Part shown: positions 39,460 through 48,012 of the stretch, in pieces
Layout: every line of letters begins with the position of its first letter
Position numbering within the stretch: the first letter of the stretch is position 1
Virus record (IMG/VR): IMGVR_UViG_2734482538_000012
Origin: a virus
Taxonomy: Duplodnaviria; Heunggongvirae; Uroviricota; Caudoviricetes
Direction: 5' to 3' (one strand)
Length of the DNA stretch: 49,248 nt
Notes under the pieces: generated by a model
Database searches by the model: none
Seen by the model: only the letters and a program-made list of their open reading frames with translations
Told to the model about the DNA's origin: nothing
Program-made: the position numbers and the translations under genes

Positions 39460-40266
39460 TTACCCCCTGAAGCCTGGCGGGATCGCACTATCCGGTAACG
39501 AGACGGTGTTAACCTGTCGGAGTAACGTCTCAGGTCGAACACCTTTCGGCGCGAACAAGCCCTGGTATTCATTGGCGATGCTGTGTCGAATCACCTGCTC
39601 AGGTGAAAAACCCTGCTGGCGGAATTTTTCCAGCTCCCGTATCGCCCCGTTAGCGCCCTGCTCCGTTCGAATCGGTTTTCGCAATGCCTGGCGAAATTCA
39701 ACCCACTCACGCCAAAGCGAGACAGAAATCCAGTTCGGCAAAGCAATATCCAGAGGGTCAAACTTTTTGACACCTCGATTCCCCCGGGGGGGATTTAGGG
39801 GGGGATCTGTTTTTAGATCTTTATCTGTATCTTTATTAGTTGCCTTTGTGTTGACATCATGTTCAAACACCACTTCAACATCTGTTTGAACACCTGTTAA
39901 ATTTCTCTCTTGTTTTGTTTGAACATCTGCTTCCTTTCTGCTTCTTCTGGCCTGAACAGATGCTTTTCCTGCGGCTGATTTTTTGGTTAATTTTTCCCTG
40001 ACTGATGCCAGATCTTCCTCAATCCGAAGATGCACCCATTCCTCGCCGTTATCGCAAAAAAACTCCTGCAAGGATGGTTCAACATCAGCCCATCGCTCGT
40101 TAGTCAGACGGGCAATTTTTGCCAGCCTGTTTTTAGGTATTGGCTTTCCTGTTTGCCAGTAATTGAACATCAGCAACAAATACGCACCATGCTCCTCTGC
40201 TGACAAATGCATGGTGTCAGCCAGGTAATCAGCTATGTACAGTTGCATGTATGGTAATGCGGCCAT
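39460..40266 (-). CDS. ydaU: Replication initiation protein (lambda O-like role)
   Basis: Track ORF to 40317; likely start MAALPYMQLYIADYLADTMHLSAEEHGAYLLLM; directly upstream of the DnaC-like gene. Confidence 0.65.
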   Translation of the reverse strand: MAALPYMQLYIADYLADTMHLSAEEHGAYLLLMFNYWQTGKPIPKNRLAKIARLTNERWADVEPSLQEFFCDNGEEWVHLRIEEDLASVREKLTKKSAAGKASVQARRSRKEADVQTKQERNLTGVQTDVEVVFEHDVNTKATNKDTDKDLKTDPPLNPPRGNRGVKKFDPLDIALPNWISVSLWREWVEFRQALRKPIRTEQGANGAIRELEKFRQQGFSPEQVIRHSIANEYQGLFAPKGVRPETLLRQVNTVSLPDSAIPPGFRG

Positions 40267-40329
40267 AATTGCCCCGTATGATGCTGCCCGGTGGCTTAGA
40301 ATAAGCACAAACAGCATGGAAACTTTTGC

Positions 40330-40752
40330 TTAATGAACAATGACAGAATCGTCGGAAGACCCGCCGCCGCTGAAATGCGCTTTCCGGTAAACGGCTTGGA
40401 CTGCATCATCATGCGCATCAATTGCCGTACTTAACGCTTCCTGCGCCGCCAGTAATGCACGGCGTTCCAGGGTATCGAAGATGCAGAGTCGGTGACGCAG
40501 CTCGCGCGGAAGGATTGCCAGAATTGCTGGGATCAGCTTCTGAATTTTTTCTCTTTGCGTTTTCGTTTCACCTTTCAACCAACGGTGATAGATATTCTGC
40601 TGATTATTCCAGTCCTTGCCTGGTACCAGGGGCAATTCGCCGCCCCCCTGGCGCAGATATTCTTCAGTAATGGCATTGGCTACCCATGCCTGCCCTTTTT
40701 CGGCTGCCAGGGCTAACAACACTGACTCGATGTGCTCATGCTTGATTTTCAT
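40330..40752 (-). CDS. ydaT: YdaT-like protein (Rac early-operon protein, toxic on overexpression in K-12)
   Basis: 140 aa ORF immediately downstream of and overlapping the Cro-like gene; order racR / ydaS / ydaT matches Rac. Confidence 0.65.
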   Translation of the reverse strand: MKIKHEHIESVLLALAAEKGQAWVANAITEEYLRQGGGELPLVPGKDWNNQQNIYHRWLKGETKTQREKIQKLIPAILAILPRELRHRLCIFDTLERRALLAAQEALSTAIDAHDDAVQAVYRKAHFSGGGSSDDSVIVH

Positions 40753-41003
40753 GAATCAACTCCCATCAGCTTTTTCGTAGTAGTTTTATTTCTGCCAATA
40801 GTTAAAATTACATCAGCAGAAAATAATCCGTTTGATGCATGAGCGATTTTTTCAGCGTAATTTGTTTCGCCGGTATATTCTGTGCGAGGCAATTTTCCGT
40901 TATCCATCCATTTGTAGATTGCTCTTTGGCTGACACCACAAACGTCGGCCACAACAGAAACGCGAACAGTTTTGATTACATCTTCAAGTGTTTTCTGGTT
41001 CAT
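40749..41003 (-). CDS. ydaS: Cro-like HTH regulator YdaS
   Basis: Track ORF 40749-41075; likely start MNQKTLEDVIKTVRVSVVADVCGVSQRAIYKWM (HTH); divergent from the repressor gene. Confidence 0.65.
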   Translation of the reverse strand: MNQKTLEDVIKTVRVSVVADVCGVSQRAIYKWMDNGKLPRTEYTGETNYAEKIAHASNGLFSADVILTIGRNKTTTKKLMGVDS

Positions 41004-41064
41004 ATCACCCTCACAATGTGAACTTTGAGTACATGCTATAACAGAACTGACAGTACATTCAAGA
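41004..41064. promoter_or_regulatory. Divergent promoter/operator region between ydaS and racR
   Basis: About 60 bp intergenic segment between divergent HTH genes, with repeated AGTACAT-containing elements (ttgagtacatgc ... gacagtacattc). Confidence 0.4.
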
Positions 41065-41502
41065 GTGAATATCATTGAACTTATGGTTCATGAAGATAAA
41101 GCGCGTAAAGAGTTCGCCAGTAGGCTTGCGCTAGCCTGTGAAAACGCTGGTTATGAACAACATGGAAGGCAGGCAGAAATTGCCCGTCGAATGAAATTAA
41201 CACCAAAAGCGGTTAGCAAATGGTTTAATGGCGAAACAATTCCTCGCCGAGAGAAATTAAGGGAATTAGCAACACTCATTGGAACAACACCAACCTATCT
41301 TTTGGGAGAGGATACAGAAGAAAGTGGACAGGTACGTTTCTATCAGGAGTTAAATCCAAGACAAAAAATCATCATTGACCTTCTGGACGAGCTCCCTGAC
41401 AGTGAGACAGATGAACTTTTAAAAACTCTTGAGGAGAAAAAACAGAAGTACAATGCAATTTACGAAGAGCTAGCACGAAAGAAAAAACAAAAAGCCTCTT
41501 AA
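41065..41502 (+). CDS. racR: Prophage repressor, HTH XRE-family (RacR-like)
   Basis: Track ORF begins with GTG at 41065 (an ATG follows at 41083); HTH (GRQAEIARRMKLTPKAVSKWFNGETIP); divergent from the Cro-like gene. Confidence 0.7.
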   Translation: MNIIELMVHEDKARKEFASRLALACENAGYEQHGRQAEIARRMKLTPKAVSKWFNGETIPRREKLRELATLIGTTPTYLLGEDTEESGQVRFYQELNPRQKIIIDLLDELPDSETDELLKTLEEKKQKYNAIYEELARKKKQKAS

Positions 41503-41744
41503 ACCAGCATAAATCCGGTAGCGTCCCCCTCCGGGTTTGTGCTTCACTTTATCCCATCTCATTTTTTTACACACAAAATGTACTTATAGTACTTTACATC
41601 AATGAACACAAAGTACATTATATACCTACCAACCCACCCCGCCCCACAGAACGCAGGGCAATACTTCGAGTTACCAGGCAGTGGTCAGGGGTTAAGTAGC
41701 CAGCCCGAGGCGTATGAACATGACGGCAGGGTTCAGATTTTGCA

Positions 41745-41927
41745 GTGCAGCAGGTTTCAGTTCCGCCACCCGGCGTTAAGGGGAGAGATAAGATGGTGCA
41801 TTACGAAGTAGTTCAGTATTTGATGGATTGTTGCGGTATCACTTACAACCAGGCTGTGCAGGCTTTACGCAGCAACGACTGGGATCTCTGGCAGGCAGAA
41901 GTCGCTATACACAGCAACAAGATGTGA
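41745..41927 (+). CDS. Small Rac-type protein (YdaF-like)
   Basis: 60 aa track ORF; sequence MVHYEVVQYLMDCCGITYNQAVQALRSNDWDLWQAEVAIHSNKM recalls Rac YdaF. Confidence 0.4.
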   Translation: MQQVSVPPPGVKGRDKMVHYEVVQYLMDCCGITYNQAVQALRSNDWDLWQAEVAIHSNKM

Positions 41928-41937
41928 GATTCGCAAA

Positions 41938-42093
41938 ATGCAAAAAATCGACCTCGGCAACAACGAATCCCTGGTGTGCGGCGTGTTCCCCAACCAGGAT
42001 GGAACGTTCACTGCCATGACGTATACCAAAAGCAAAACATTTAAAACCGAAACTGGTGCGCGCCGATGGTTGGAGAAGCACACAGTAAGCTAA
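41938..42093 (+). CDS. Small Rac-type protein (YdaG-like), not in the ORF track
   Basis: Hand translation MQKIDLGNNESLVCGVFPNQDGTFTAMTYTKSKTFKTETGARRWLEKHTVS (51 aa); ends convergently on the sieB stop. Confidence 0.4.
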   Translation: MQKIDLGNNESLVCGVFPNQDGTFTAMTYTKSKTFKTETGARRWLEKHTVS

Positions 42094-42578
42094 CGATTAA
42101 AACGTCTACTCCTGCTGTTCCAGAATAACTTCATAAAATGGGAGTATTTTTCGGTGACGAGATAATAAGAACAGTTTGCGCTATCACTCTGATGTTGAAT
42201 GATGCCCTTCCGTTCTAATTTTTTCATAACCGGGTTACGGCAAGGAGAAGTGATAATAAGATTTCCTGTTTTAAGGAAATCTTTAAATACAGCGATTTCT
42301 TTCTCAGATAAACGAAGCAATACTCGTTGCTCTGGTAGTAATGAATAATGCTTTTGAATATGTGCTCGCAATCTTGAGAAGGAAATGGCGACCACGAAAG
42401 AAAAGGCAAAAACGATAATCTGAAAGAGCCAAGGTATTTCAGTATAAGCATTGAATGCGACAGTAAACTCTTTCGGTATCAGCCAGAGAGTGAGACCAAA
42501 AATGATAATCGTATACATAAGTATTTCGAGTGGCTCGTTAGCAAAAAGTTTCAACAATGGAGTAAATACATCCAACAT
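42090..42578 (-). CDS. sieB: Superinfection exclusion protein SieB
   Basis: Track ORF to 42701; likely start MLDVFTPLLKLFANEPLE (162 aa); two hydrophobic transmembrane segments; opposite strand to the early-left genes, as in Rac. Confidence 0.7.
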   Translation of the reverse strand: MLDVFTPLLKLFANEPLEILMYTIIIFGLTLWLIPKEFTVAFNAYTEIPWLFQIIVFAFSFVVAISFSRLRAHIQKHYSLLPEQRVLLRLSEKEIAVFKDFLKTGNLIITSPCRNPVMKKLERKGIIQHQSDSANCSYYLVTEKYSHFMKLFWNSRSRRFNR

Positions 42579-43019
42579 ATCAATAACTCTCAACTGTAAG
42601 GGTATTGAAATGTTAACACAAGCTCTCGCTGTAGGGGTATAGCCGAGACCACCGAAGCCCGGAGGTGGTGAAATAAAACCGGGCACAACACGAAGGCGCA
42701 TTTCCGATATCCATAAAGAGTCGGTCTTGTCTGTTAAATTTAAATGGTGGGAGTGCGCCTCCGGTTGTAAATAACGACATTGCTGTGTGTAGTCCTGGCG
42801 GCATCAGTTTTTTTCTTGAAGTTCGGCTGATGTCCGCCCTTTTTAAAGTGAATTTTGTGATGCGGTGAATGCGGCTAAGCGCACGTGGCACAGTTAAAAG
42901 TCATGTTAGTCCTTATTGGTTTGGGTGGGAAAGCCGACTGTAATTGTTAACTGGTTGCAGTCACCTGGAGGCACCAGGCACCGCATCAACAAAGTTCATT
43001 TGTAAAAATGGAGATAATT

Positions 43020-43241
43020 ATGATTGCACATCACTTCGGAACTGATGAAATACCACGTCAGTGTGTGACTCCTGGCGATTATGTTCTTCATGAAGGCCGG
43101 ACATATATTGCCTCGGCAAACAATATTAAAAAGCGAAAACTATATATTCGTAACCTGACCACAAAAACATGCATTACTGACCGCATGATTAAAGTCTTCC
43201 TCGGTCGTGATGGTTTACCTGTAAAGGCGGAGTCATGGTGA
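43020..43241 (+). CDS. kilR: Cell-division inhibitor KilR (FtsZ-ring inhibitor)
   Basis: Track ORF 43008-43241; [46 protein letters not shown]... (73 aa from 43020) matches my recollection of Rac KilR; ggaga Shine-Dalgarno. Confidence 0.75.
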   Translation: MIAHHFGTDEIPRQCVTPGDYVLHEGRTYIASANNIKKRKLYIRNLTTKTCITDRMIKVFLGRDGLPVKAESW

Positions 43242-43411
43242 TGACTAAGAAAATAAAATGTGCTTACCACCTTTGCAAAAAAGACGTTGAAGAAAGCAAA
43301 GCTATTGAAAGAATGCTTCACTTCATGCACGGGATTTTATCAAAAGACGAACCGAGAAAATATTGCAGTGAAGCTTGTGCCGAAAAAGACCAGATGGCAC
43401 ATGAACTTTAA
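43241..43411 (+). CDS. ydaE: Small Cys-rich protein YdaE
   Basis: Hand translation [56 protein letters not shown] (56 aa); its ATG overlaps the kilR stop (TGATG). Not in the ORF track. Confidence 0.6.
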   Translation: MTKKIKCAYHLCKKDVEESKAIERMLHFMHGILSKDEPRKYCSEACAEKDQMAHEL

Positions 43412-43485
43412 TTAATTGACTATTCGAAACTGAATTTATGCCAGAAATGGCAGGTATTCGCTCAACCTTAATTAAGGAGAAAAAC

Positions 43486-43761
43486 ATGATTACCAATTAT
43501 GAAGCCACTGTTGTAACTACCGATGACATTGTTCACGAGGTGAATCTGGAAGGAAAGCGCATTGGCTACGTAATTAAAACAGAAAATAAAGAAACCCCAT
43601 TCACTGTGGTTGATATCGATGGTCCATCAGGCAACGTAAAAACACTTGATGAAGGTGTCAAAAAAATGTGCCTGGTGCATATCGGAAAGAATCTGCCCGC
43701 AGAAAAAAAAGCCGAATTTCTGGCAACTCTAATTGCAATGAAATTAAAAGGTGAAATCTGA
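43486..43761 (+). CDS. racC: RacC protein
   Basis: Track ORF 43438-43761; likely start MITNYEATVVTTDDIVHEVNLEGKR (91 aa) with an aaggaga Shine-Dalgarno; immediately upstream of recE. Confidence 0.7.
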   Translation: MITNYEATVVTTDDIVHEVNLEGKRIGYVIKTENKETPFTVVDIDGPSGNVKTLDEGVKKMCLVHIGKNLPAEKKAEFLATLIAMKLKGEI

Positions 43762-43862
43762 AAGAAATAGCCTGCGTATGGCGCAGGCTATGAACAGTGT
43801 GTATCCGGCAAGATCATTCACTGAACAAAACGAATTTTAATCTGAGTTGAGGTTAAAAAACA

Positions 43863-46463
43863 ATGAGCACAAAACCACTCTTCCTGTTACGGAAAGCGAA
43901 AAAATCATCCGGTGAACCTGACGTCGTCCTGTGGGCAAGCAACGATTTTGAATCGACCTGTGCCACTCTGGACTACCTGATCGTTAAGTCAGGTAAAAAA
44001 CTGAGCAGCTATTTTAAAGCTGTTGCCACGAATTTTCCTGTCGTTAATGACCTGCCCGCTGAAGGTGAGATCGATTTTACCTGGAGTGAACGCTATCAAC
44101 TCAGCAAAGACTCCATGACATGGGAACTAAAACCGGGAGCAGCACCAGACAACGCTCACTATCAAGGCAATACCAACGTCAACGGCGAAGACATGACTGA
44201 GATTGAGGAGAATATGCTACTCCCAATTTCTGGCCAGGAACTGCCCATTCGTTGGCTTGCTCAACACGGCAGCGAAAAACCGGTAACGCACGTTTCACGC
44301 GACGGACTCCAGGCATTACACATTGCTCGGGCTGAAGAACTACCGGCTGTTACTGCCCTGGCTGTTTCCCACAAAACCAGCCTGCTCGACCCGCTGGAAA
44401 TTCGCGAACTCCACAAACTGGTTCGTGACACTGACAAAGTTTTCCCTAATCCTGGTAATTCAAACCTGGGACTGATAACTGCTTTTTTCGAAGCATACCT
44501 GAACGCTGACTACACCGATCGAGGACTGCTGACAAAAGAGTGGATGAAGGGTAATCGTGTTTCACACATCACTCGCACGGCTTCCGGTGCTAATGCTGGC
44601 GGCGGAAACCTCACCGATCGCGGCGAAGGTTTCGTACACGATCTGACGTCACTGGCGCGGGACGTAGCCACTGGCGTACTGGCCCGTTCAATGGATCTGG
44701 ACATCTATAACCTTCATCCGGCACACGCTAAACGCATTGAGGAAATTATCGCTGAAAATAAACCGCCCTTTTCTGTTTTCCGCGACAAATTCATCACCAT
44801 GCCTGGCGGGCTGGATTATTCCCGCGCCATCGTGGTTGCGTCCGTAAAAGAAGCACCAATTGGGATCGAGGTCATCCCCGCGCACGTCACTGAATATCTG
44901 AACAAAGTACTGACTGAAACCGATCATGCCAACCCTGATCCGGAAATCGTGGATATTGCCTGCGGTCGCTCCTCTGCCCCGATGCCGCAGCGAGTAACAG
45001 AAGAAGGAAAACAGGATGATGAAGAAAAACCGCAACCATCTGGAACAACGGCAGTTGAACAGGGAGAGGCTGAAACAATGGAACCGGACGCAACTGAACA
45101 TCATCAGGACACGCAGCCGCTGGATGCTCAGTCACAGGTAAATTCTGTTGATGCGAAATATCAGGAACTGCGGGCAGAACTCCATGAAGCCCGGAAAAAC
45201 ATTCCATCAAAAAATCCTGTCGATGCCGATAAATTGCTTGCTGCATCACGTGGTGAATTTGTTGACGGAATTAGCGACCCGAACGATCCGAAATGGGTAA
45301 AGGGGATCCAGACTCGCGATTGTGTGTACCAGAACCAGCCAGAAACGGAAAAAACCAGCCCGGATATGAATCAACCTGAGCCAGTAGTGCAACAGGAACC
45401 GGAAATAGCCTGCAATGCCTGCGGCCAGACTGGCGGGGATAACTGCCCTGACTGTGGTGCGGTGATGGGCGACGCAACATACCAGGAAACATTCGATGAA
45501 GAGAGTCAGGTTGAAGCTAAGGAAAATGATCCGGAGGAAATGGAAGGCGCTGAACATCCGCACAATGAGAATGCTGGCAGCGATCCGCATCGCGATTGCA
45601 GTGATGAAACTGGCGAAGTCGCAGATCCCGTAATCGTAGAAGACATAGAGCCAGGTATTTATTACGGAATTTCGAATGAGAATTACCACGCGGGTCCCGG
45701 TGTCAGTAAGTCTCAGCTCGATGACATTGCTGATACTCCGGCACTGTATTTGTGGCGTAAAAATGCCCCCGTGGACACCACAAAGACAAAAACGCTCGAT
45801 TTAGGAACCGCTTTCCACTGCCGGGTACTTGAGCCGGAAGAATTCAGTAACCGCTTTATCGTAGCACCTGAATTTAACCGCCGGACAAACTCCGGAAAAG
45901 AAGAAGAGAAAGCGTTTCTGAGGGAATGCGCAAGCACAGGAAAAACGGTTATCACTGCCGAAGAAGGCCGGAAAATTGAACTCATGTATCAGAGCGTTAT
46001 GGCTTTGCCGCTGGGGCAATGGCTTGTTGAAAGCGCCGGACACGCTGAATCATCAATTTACTGGGAAGATCCTGAAACAGCAATTTTGTGTCGGTGCCGT
46101 CCGGACAAAATTATCCCTGAATTTCACTGGATCATGGACGTGAAAACTACGGCGGATATTCAACGATTCAAAACCGCTTATTACGACTACCGCTATCACG
46201 TTCAGGATGCATTCTACAGTGACGGTTATGAAGCACAGTTTGGAGTGCAGCCAACTTTCGTTTTTCTGGTTGCCAGCACAACTATTGAATGCGGACGTTA
46301 TCCGGTTGAAATTTTCATGATGGGCGAAGAAGCAAAACTGGCAGGTCAGCTGGAATATCACCGCAATCTGCGAACCCTGGCTGACTGCCTCAATACCGAT
46401 GAATGGCCAGCTATTAAGACGTTATCACTGCCCCGCTGGGCTAAGGAATATGCAAATGACTAA
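43863..46463 (+). CDS. recE: Exodeoxyribonuclease VIII (RecE)
   Basis: 866 aa, same length as K-12 RecE; C-terminal PD-(D/E)xK-type nuclease region; stop overlaps the recT start. Confidence 0.9.
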   Translation: MSTKPLFLLRKAKKSSGEPDVVLWASNDFESTCATLDYLIVKSGKKLSSYFKAVATNFPVVNDLPAEGEIDFTWSERYQLSKDSMTWELKPGAAPDNAHYQGNTNVNGEDMTEIEENMLLPISGQELPIRWLAQHGSEKPVTHVSRDGLQALHIARAEELPAVTALAVSHKTSLLDPLEIRELHKLVRDTDKVFPNPGNSNLGLITAFFEAYLNADYTDRGLLTKEWMKGNRVSHITRTASGANAGGGNLTDRGEGFVHDLTSLARDVATGVLARSMDLDIYNLHPAHAKRIEEIIAENKPPFSVFRDKFITMPGGLDYSRAIVVASVKEAPIGIEVIPAHVTEYLNKVLTETDHANPDPEIVDIACGRSSAPMPQRVTEEGKQDDEEKPQPSGTTAVEQGEAETMEPDATEHHQDTQPLDAQSQVNSVDAKYQELRAELHEARKNIPSKNPVDADKLLAASRGEFVDGISDPNDPKWVKGIQTRDCVYQNQPETEKTSPDMNQPEPVVQQEPEIACNACGQTGGDNCPDCGAVMGDATYQETFDEESQVEAKENDPEEMEGAEHPHNENAGSDPHRDCSDETGEVADPVIVEDIEPGIYYGISNENYHAGPGVSKSQLDDIADTPALYLWRKNAPVDTTKTKTLDLGTAFHCRVLEPEEFSNRFIVAPEFNRRTNSGKEEEKAFLRECASTGKTVITAEEGRKIELMYQSVMALPLGQWLVESAGHAESSIYWEDPETAILCRCRPDKIIPEFHWIMDVKTTADIQRFKTAYYDYRYHVQDAFYSDGYEAQFGVQPTFVFLVASTTIECGRYPVEIFMMGEEAKLAGQLEYHRNLRTLADCLNTDEWPAIKTLSLPRWAKEYAND

Positions 46464-47265
46464 GCAACCACCAATCGCAAAAGCCGATCTGCAAAAAACT
46501 CAGGGAAACCGTGCACCAGCAGCAATTAAAAATAACGACGTGATTAGTTTTATTAACCAGCCATCAATGAAAGAGCAACTGGCAGCAGCTCTTCCACGCC
46601 ATATGACGGCTGAACGTATGATCCGTATCGCCACCACAGAAATTCGTAAAGTTCCGGCGTTAGGAAACTGTGACACTATGAGTTTTGTCAGTGCAATCGT
46701 ACAGTGTTCACAGCTCGGACTTGAGCCCGGTAGCGCCCTCGGTCATGCATATTTACTGCCTTTTGGTAATAAAAACGAAAAGAGCGGTAAAAAAAACGTT
46801 CAGCTAATCATTGGCTATCGCGGCATGATTGATCTGGCTCGCCGTTCAGGTCAAATCGCCAGCCTGTCAGCCCGTGTTGTCCGTGAAGGTGACGAGTTTA
46901 ATTTCGAATTTGGCCTTGATGAAAAGTTAATACACCGCCCAGGAGAAAACGAAGATGCCCCTGTTACCCACGTCTATGCTGTCGCAAGACTGAAAGACGG
47001 AGGTACTCAGTTTGAAGTTATGACGCGCAAACAGATTGAGCTGGTGCGCAGCCAGAGTAAAGCTGGTAATAACGGGCCGTGGGTAACTCACTGGGAAGAA
47101 ATGGCAAAGAAAACGGCTATTCGTCGCCTGTTCAAATATCTGCCCGTATCAATTGAGATCCAGCGTGCAGTATCAATGGATGAAAAGGAACCACTGACAA
47201 TCGATCCTGCAGATTCCTCTGTATTAACCGGGGAATACAGTGTAATCGATAATTCAGAGGAATAA
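46456..47265 (+). CDS. recT: Single-strand annealing recombinase RecT
   Basis: Track ORF 46399-47265; start [35 protein letters not shown] at 46456 gives 269 aa, matching my recollection of K-12 RecT. Confidence 0.9.
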   Translation: MTKQPPIAKADLQKTQGNRAPAAIKNNDVISFINQPSMKEQLAAALPRHMTAERMIRIATTEIRKVPALGNCDTMSFVSAIVQCSQLGLEPGSALGHAYLLPFGNKNEKSGKKNVQLIIGYRGMIDLARRSGQIASLSARVVREGDEFNFEFGLDEKLIHRPGENEDAPVTHVYAVARLKDGGTQFEVMTRKQIELVRSQSKAGNNGPWVTHWEEMAKKTAIRRLFKYLPVSIEIQRAVSMDEKEPLTIDPADSSVLTGEYSVIDNSEE

Positions 47266-47320
47266 TTCAGCCTGGCGGTGTAATGCACCGCCAACTTGAA
47301 ATATTTTTATGAGAAAAATT

Positions 47321-47470
47321 ATGAGATATGACAATGTTAAACCATGTCCATTTTGTGGTTGTCCATCAGTAACGGTGAAAGCCATTTCAGGATATTACCG
47401 AGCGAAGTGTAACGGATGCGAATCCCGAACCGGTTATGGTGGAAGTGAAAAAGAAGCACTCGAACGATGA
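47321..47470 (+). CDS. ralR: Restriction alleviation protein Lar/RalR (also the toxin of the RalR/RalA type I toxin-antitoxin pair in K-12)
   Basis: Hand translation MRYDNVKPCPFCGCPSVTVKAISGYYRAKCNGCESRTGYGGSEKEALER (49 aa) with the Lar-family KPCPFCG zinc-ribbon motif. Missing from the ORF track (below 60 aa). Confidence 0.7.
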   Translation: MRYDNVKPCPFCGCPSVTVKAISGYYRAKCNGCESRTGYGGSEKEALER

Positions 47471-47507
47471 AATAAACGAACCACTGGAAATAATAATGGA
47501 GGTGTTC

Positions 47508-47696
47508 ATGTATAAAATTACCGCCACTATTGAAAAGGAAGGTGGCACTCCTACTAACTGGACAAGATATTCAAAATCTAAACTAACGAAATCAGAATGC
47601 GAAAAAATGCTCTCAGGTAAAAAAGAAGCAGGCGTTTCCAGAGAGCAGAAAGTAAAACTGATAAATTTTAATTGCGAGAAACTTCAGTCCTCGTGA
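47508..47696 (+). CDS. ydaC: YdaC-like small protein
   Basis: Track ORF 47436-47696; likely start MYKITATIEKEGGTPTNWTRY at 47508 preceded by ggagg; gene order ralR / ydaC / xis as in Rac. Confidence 0.6.
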   Translation: MYKITATIEKEGGTPTNWTRYSKSKLTKSECEKMLSGKKEAGVSREQKVKLINFNCEKLQSS

Positions 47697-47795
47697 ATTG
47701 CATTGTATTCAAATTAAAACTTCATAGCTGATTATTAATAATCAACATCGGGCGTCAATTTAAGTCTAACATTGGCGCCTGCCAGAGGTGATGCG

Positions 47796-48011
47796 ATGGC
47801 ACAAGTAATCTTTAATGAAGAGTGGATGGTTGAATACGGCCTGATGCTTCGCACTGGTCTGGGGGCCAGACAAATTGAAGCATACCGCCAGAACTGTTGG
47901 GTGGAAGGCTTCCACTTCAAACGAGTATCTCCTTTAGGGAAGCCAGACAGTAAGCGAGGGATTATCTGGTATAACTATCCAAAGATAAATCAGTTTATCA
48001 AAGACTCATGA
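47796..48011 (+). CDS. xisR: Excisionase
   Basis: Track ORF begins with TTG at 47772; ATG at 47796 gives [41 protein letters not shown] (71 aa); immediately upstream of int. Confidence 0.75.
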   Translation: MAQVIFNEEWMVEYGLMLRTGLGARQIEAYRQNCWVEGFHFKRVSPLGKPDSKRGIIWYNYPKINQFIKDS

Positions 48012-48012
48012 T

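Noticed and set aside
44510-46361. Several minus-strand ORFs inside recE (44510-44704, 44688-45104, 44887-45249, 45246-45689, 45713-45985, 45801-46043, 46053-46361)
   Set aside because: All are antisense to the 866-aa RecE frame, low-complexity or Arg/Phe/Leu-rich, and without ribosome binding sites.
47735-47920. 61-aa minus-strand ORF overlapping xis
   Set aside because: Antisense to the well-supported excisionase gene, with no start context; most likely spurious.
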